DNA from: Chthoniobacteraceae bacterium
Lineage (GTDB): Bacteria > Verrucomicrobiota > Verrucomicrobiia > Chthoniobacterales > Chthoniobacteraceae
Direction: 5' to 3'
DNA length: 64,000 nt
Assembly: GCA_031409655.1 (NCBI GenBank)
Contig: JANNXQ010000194.1
Coordinates: 1 to 64,000 of the forward strand
Below the pieces are notes generated by a model that made no database searches, was not told where the DNA came from, and saw nothing but the letters and a program-made list of their open reading frames with translations. The translations under genes and the position numbers were made by a program. Below, in pieces: positions 60,366 to 64,000 of this stretch; the stretch's first letter is position 1; every line of letters begins with the position of its first letter.

Positions 60366-61094
60366 TCAGACGCAGCCGAGCAGTTCGGCGAGTTCGCCTT
60401 TGATTTCCTCGGGCGAATCGTCGGCGATCGTGGCGGAGACCTGCTCGAAGATGATCTCGCGCCACCGCTTGCGGAGGCGAAAGACGTCACTTTTCACCGT
60501 GCCGAGCGGACGAGCGAGCGTGGCGGCGACTTCCTCGTAGCGCCGCTCCGCATCGGGGCCGAAGCCGAGGAACGGGCGCAGCGCGGTGAAGGTGTCCGCT
60601 TTTCCCTGCGCGCCGTATTCCGCGCCGAGGAGCGTGAGCGCGTGATCGAGGATGGTGAGCGCCCAGCGCCGCTGGAAGAGACGATCTGGCGAGAGGTCGT
60701 CGCGCGGCTCGGCGGCATACCGCTGCTCGGCCTGCGCGGAATCGAAGCTCGTGAGCACGGCGGCACCGCGCTTTTGCGCCATGGCGCGATCATGCTCGTC
60801 GCTGAGAAATCGGCGCGCGCAGGTGAGCAGGAAGGTGCGCAGTTTGCCCTTGCCGGCATCGGCCTTGGCGAGCGTCTGCTTTTCGAGTAGCCACGCGAAG
60901 AAGCCCTGCGTGAGATCTTCAGCATCGTGCGGCGCGCGGCCCGACCGCCGGATGTAGGCGTAGATCGGATACCAGTACGCTTCGCACAGCGCGGTGAGCG
61001 CGGTCATCGCCGCGGTGTCGTCGGCGCCGATGGCCCGCTGCACGAGGCTCCATCGCGTGGTCTGGAAGGAATGCGGAGCGGGAGGCGGGGGCAT
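60366..61094 (-). CDS. ECF sigma factor of the Ser/Thr-kinase-associated type
   Basis: FQTTRWSLV, LCEAYWYPIYAYIRR, DAEDLTQGFF, GKLRTFLL, TVKSDVFRLR; directly upstream of the kinase, no anti-sigma gene. Confidence 0.92.
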   Translation of the reverse strand: MPPPPAPHSFQTTRWSLVQRAIGADDTAAMTALTALCEAYWYPIYAYIRRSGRAPHDAEDLTQGFFAWLLEKQTLAKADAGKGKLRTFLLTCARRFLSDEHDRAMAQKRGAAVLTSFDSAQAEQRYAAEPRDDLSPDRLFQRRWALTILDHALTLLGAEYGAQGKADTFTALRPFLGFGPDAERRYEEVAATLARPLGTVKSDVFRLRKRWREIIFEQVSATIADDSPEEIKGELAELLGCV

Positions 61095-61207
61095 TTGGGT
61101 AACGCGGGGAGTTCCGATGTACGCGAAGCGTGGGGAGTATGGATCGGGAAAGCGAGCCCCGGATTGGAGCTTGGAGTCTCCGCAGTCGGTTCGTGTAGGG
61201 TTGCTGG

Positions 61208-62182
61208 ATGCCGCAGCCTTCCACTTCCCGCCCGAAGATCGTCGTCCTCGATGGCTACACGCTGAACCCCGGGGATCTCGACTGGCGCGGGCTGGAGGCG
61301 ATCGGCGAGGTCACGGTGCATGAGCGCACGCCGCTGGAGACCACGGTCGCGCGGGCGGCGGGGGCGGCCATCGTGCTGACGAACAAGGCGCCCGTGAATG
61401 CCGAGGCCATCGCAGCACTTCCCGACCTGCGCTACATCGGCGTGCTCGCGACGGGGTACAATGTCGTGGATGGCGCGGCGGCGAAGGCGCGCGGGATCGT
61501 GGTCGCCAATGTGCCGGGCTACGGCACGCCGGCCGTGGCGCAGCACGTCTTTGCACTCATCCTGGAGCTGGCGCAGCGGGCGGGGCATCACGCGGAAACG
61601 GTGCGCGCCGGGCGCTGGGTGGCGAGTGCGGACTTTTGCTACTGGGACTTCCCGCTGGTGGAGCTGGCGGGACGGACGCTCGGGATCGTGGGCTTCGGGG
61701 CGATCGGCCAGGCCGTGGCGCGGATCGGGCTGGCCTTTGGGATGAAAGTGATCGCCAGCACCCGCACGCCGCGGACGGTGGAGGGCGTGGAATTCATCTC
61801 GATGGACGAGGTCTTCCGCCGGGCCGATGTGGTGACTTTACACTGCCCGCTCACGCCGGAGACGCAGGGCCTCGTGAATGCCGCCCGGCTCGCGCAAATG
61901 AAGCCGGGGGCTTTCCTGATAAACACGGGCCGCGGCCCGCTCGTGGTCGAGTGCGATCTCGCGGCAGCGCTCGAGGCCGGGCGCATCGCGGGTGCCGGGC
62001 TGGACGTGCTTTCCGTCGAGCCGCCGCAGGCCGACAATCCGCTCCTGACGGCCAGGAATTGTCTCATCACCCCGCACATCGCCTGGGCCATGCAGGCCGC
62101 GCGGGCGCGGCTCATGGAGATCGCGGTGGCGAATGTGCGGGCCTTCCTGGCAGGCACCCCGGTCCATGTGGTCAATGGGTGA
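61208..62182 (+). CDS. D-2-hydroxyacid dehydrogenase (glycerate dehydrogenase-like)
   Basis: LDGYTLNPGDL, GFGAIG, LHCPLT, INTGRG, LDVL..EP, TPHIAW. Confidence 0.93.
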   Translation: MPQPSTSRPKIVVLDGYTLNPGDLDWRGLEAIGEVTVHERTPLETTVARAAGAAIVLTNKAPVNAEAIAALPDLRYIGVLATGYNVVDGAAAKARGIVVANVPGYGTPAVAQHVFALILELAQRAGHHAETVRAGRWVASADFCYWDFPLVELAGRTLGIVGFGAIGQAVARIGLAFGMKVIASTRTPRTVEGVEFISMDEVFRRADVVTLHCPLTPETQGLVNAARLAQMKPGAFLINTGRGPLVVECDLAAALEAGRIAGAGLDVLSVEPPQADNPLLTARNCLITPHIAWAMQAARARLMEIAVANVRAFLAGTPVHVVNG

Positions 62183-62317
62183 CTTGGAGCCGGTGGCACG
62201 CGATTCGCTAGCCCCGCTGAAAAAATATCGGGCATTCGGCATCGTCGAGGCTACCTTGTGCTGCCAAATCAACAGCGCTGCCTCCCCAGCGGCAGCGCCA
62301 AACCAAAAACCCGGTCT

Positions 62318-63160
62318 ATGATTCGCAAGAGACTTCTCCGCTCGTCGGCGATCCTCGCTTGTACCATCGCTAGCGTCGCCTCCCCAGACACCGCCCGCTC
62401 CCAGTCCGAACTCGCCTCCATCTCGTATGGCGATATGCGGACGTTGCGGCTGGATGTGGGCCGCTACCCTTGGAAGCGCGCAATCGTGACGACGACATTC
62501 TGGGTGGGCGAGGAGCCGACGGCGAACAACCCGATGCCGAATCACTTCAGCGCCTGGGATAAAAACTGGCGCCGGAACTACGGCGGCACCGACCACCCGT
62601 CGGAGCGCGCGAATCTTCTCCCCGCGAAATTCACCCCGAAGCAAAACCCTTTCTACATCGCGCTGCCATATAACGATTGCACCATCGAAGGCTACAAACC
62701 GGAGGCTGCGAGCGTGATCCCCTGGTTCAAGGATGGACCGCTGGCGGGCTCGAAACGGTCCGTGCTCAAGGGCCGCTGGGTGGCCATCCGCAGTCGGCAT
62801 CGCGTGGCCTATGCGCAGTGGGAAGATGCAGGCCCTTTCCGCACGGATCACTGGCAGTACGTTTTTGGAAATGAACGCCCGAAGCCGAACCTGAACAAAG
62901 GCGCCGGCCTCGATATCTCGCCCGCGGTGCGCGATTTCCTCGGCGTCGGCGATACTTCCGTGACCGATTGGCGATTCGTGGATTTCGCGGACGTGCCGCC
63001 CGGACCGTGGTCGGATCACGGGGACAACAACACCTTCGTGCAGCAGAAACGCGGCAGCGCCAACGCGCGCAATCACCTCACGGTGCTGGCGGAAAGGTAT
63101 CTCCCGGTGATCATGGATTTGGGACGCGGCGGGCTGCCGTTGGGTTCCGGCGGGCAGTGA
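62318..63160 (+). CDS. Secreted hypothetical protein (possible DPBB/RlpA-like fold)
   Basis: Signal peptide; TTFWVGE, NPFYIALPYND, YAQWEDAGP, AGLDISPAV. Confidence 0.65.
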   Translation: MIRKRLLRSSAILACTIASVASPDTARSQSELASISYGDMRTLRLDVGRYPWKRAIVTTTFWVGEEPTANNPMPNHFSAWDKNWRRNYGGTDHPSERANLLPAKFTPKQNPFYIALPYNDCTIEGYKPEAASVIPWFKDGPLAGSKRSVLKGRWVAIRSRHRVAYAQWEDAGPFRTDHWQYVFGNERPKPNLNKGAGLDISPAVRDFLGVGDTSVTDWRFVDFADVPPGPWSDHGDNNTFVQQKRGSANARNHLTVLAERYLPVIMDLGRGGLPLGSGGQ

Positions 63161-63931
63161 ATGCGGATGCGCTTCTTGTTCCCCGCAGCATTGCTGCTCG
63201 CGCTCCGCGGAGCTTCCGCTGCGGAGCCGCAGACTGCTGAAAGCCTTGGCTTCCGGCTCGTCTGGTCGGAGGAATTCACCGGCCTCACGCTCGACGCCAC
63301 CCGCTGGAGTCCCGCCTTCGCGCCAGGCGTGCATCCGCTGGGCTGCAATGGGGAGCGGCAAAGTTACGCGCCTGAGAGTGCCTTCATCCGGGATGGTCTG
63401 CTCGTCCTCCGAGCGGAGCGAAAGGCGCGGGAAGGTGTGCCTTTCACGAGCGGGATGGTGGCGTCGCACGGGAAATTTAGCCAGCGCTACGGGTGCTTCG
63501 AGGCGCGGGTGAAATTGCCGCGAGGGCGCGGGCTGTGGCCGGCGTTTTGGCTGCTGCCGGAGAACCGTGTGTGGCCGCCGGAGATCGACATCATGGAGCA
63601 CAAGGGCCGGCTGCCCAACCACGTCTGGCTCACGCTCCACCTGCCGCAAGCTGGCACCTGGCAACCGAAGTCCGACTCGAAGGAATGGATCGGCCCTGAT
63701 TTCACCGCCGACTTTCACACCTTTGCCGTCGAGTGGCGGCCCGGCAAGATGCGCTGGTTTGTGGATGGCGTGGAACGTCACGCCTTCCTCCACCCCACGC
63801 CGGATCTGCCGATGTACCTCATCCTGAATCTCGCCGTGGGCGGACACTTCGATGGCGACCCGGACGCAGCGACGCCCTTCCCGAGCGAGATGCTGGTCGA
63901 TTGGGTGCGCGTTTACACGCCCGCCAAGTAG
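63161..63931 (+). CDS. Glycoside hydrolase family 16
   Basis: LVWSEEF, GLWPAFWLL, EIDIME catalytic motif, FHTFAVEW, ILNLAVGG. Confidence 0.93.
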   Translation: MRMRFLFPAALLLALRGASAAEPQTAESLGFRLVWSEEFTGLTLDATRWSPAFAPGVHPLGCNGERQSYAPESAFIRDGLLVLRAERKAREGVPFTSGMVASHGKFSQRYGCFEARVKLPRGRGLWPAFWLLPENRVWPPEIDIMEHKGRLPNHVWLTLHLPQAGTWQPKSDSKEWIGPDFTADFHTFAVEWRPGKMRWFVDGVERHAFLHPTPDLPMYLILNLAVGGHFDGDPDAATPFPSEMLVDWVRVYTPAK

Positions 63932-64000
63932 CCTCTGCCGGAGTGCTGGCCCCGCATCTGCTGATTCACGGGGTTCACCGTGTCCACCACTTCACCCATG

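Noticed and set aside
63932..64000. 3' end of a minus-strand gene at the right edge
   Set aside because: Too little sequence to support a call

Overview
GC-rich bacterial chromosomal segment, most consistent with Verrucomicrobiota/PVC (inferred from the PVC-type CxxCH protein, Tat-exported Gfo/Idh/MocA enzymes, a kinase-linked ECF sigma factor and the repeat families). Housekeeping genes (ftsK, rodZ, gltA, sucCD, tilS, serS, nagAB, a MoxR-DUF58-vWA-ABC operon) alternate with accessory islets. Highlights: (1) at 55.5-61.1 kb, an ECF sigma factor and a membrane Ser/Thr kinase are followed by two secreted proteins; all three proteins end in the same ~150-aa domain that I do not recognise, fused to different N-terminal modules, and two of the genes carry single in-frame TGA codons; (2) at 17.3-21.8 kb, three TIR-domain genes (TIR-STAND-TPR, TIR-SLOG, truncated COR-TIR) form a probable immune islet; (3) several palindromic/REP-like element families occur, some inserted exactly in frame into coding N-termini (168 nt and 222 nt copies) or preserving translational coupling; (4) two complete toxin-antitoxin pairs (one splitting sucC from sucD) and a DUF433 remnant. 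No rRNA, tRNA, CRISPR array or intact transposase was recognised. All calls come from reading motifs by eye; no database search was run.
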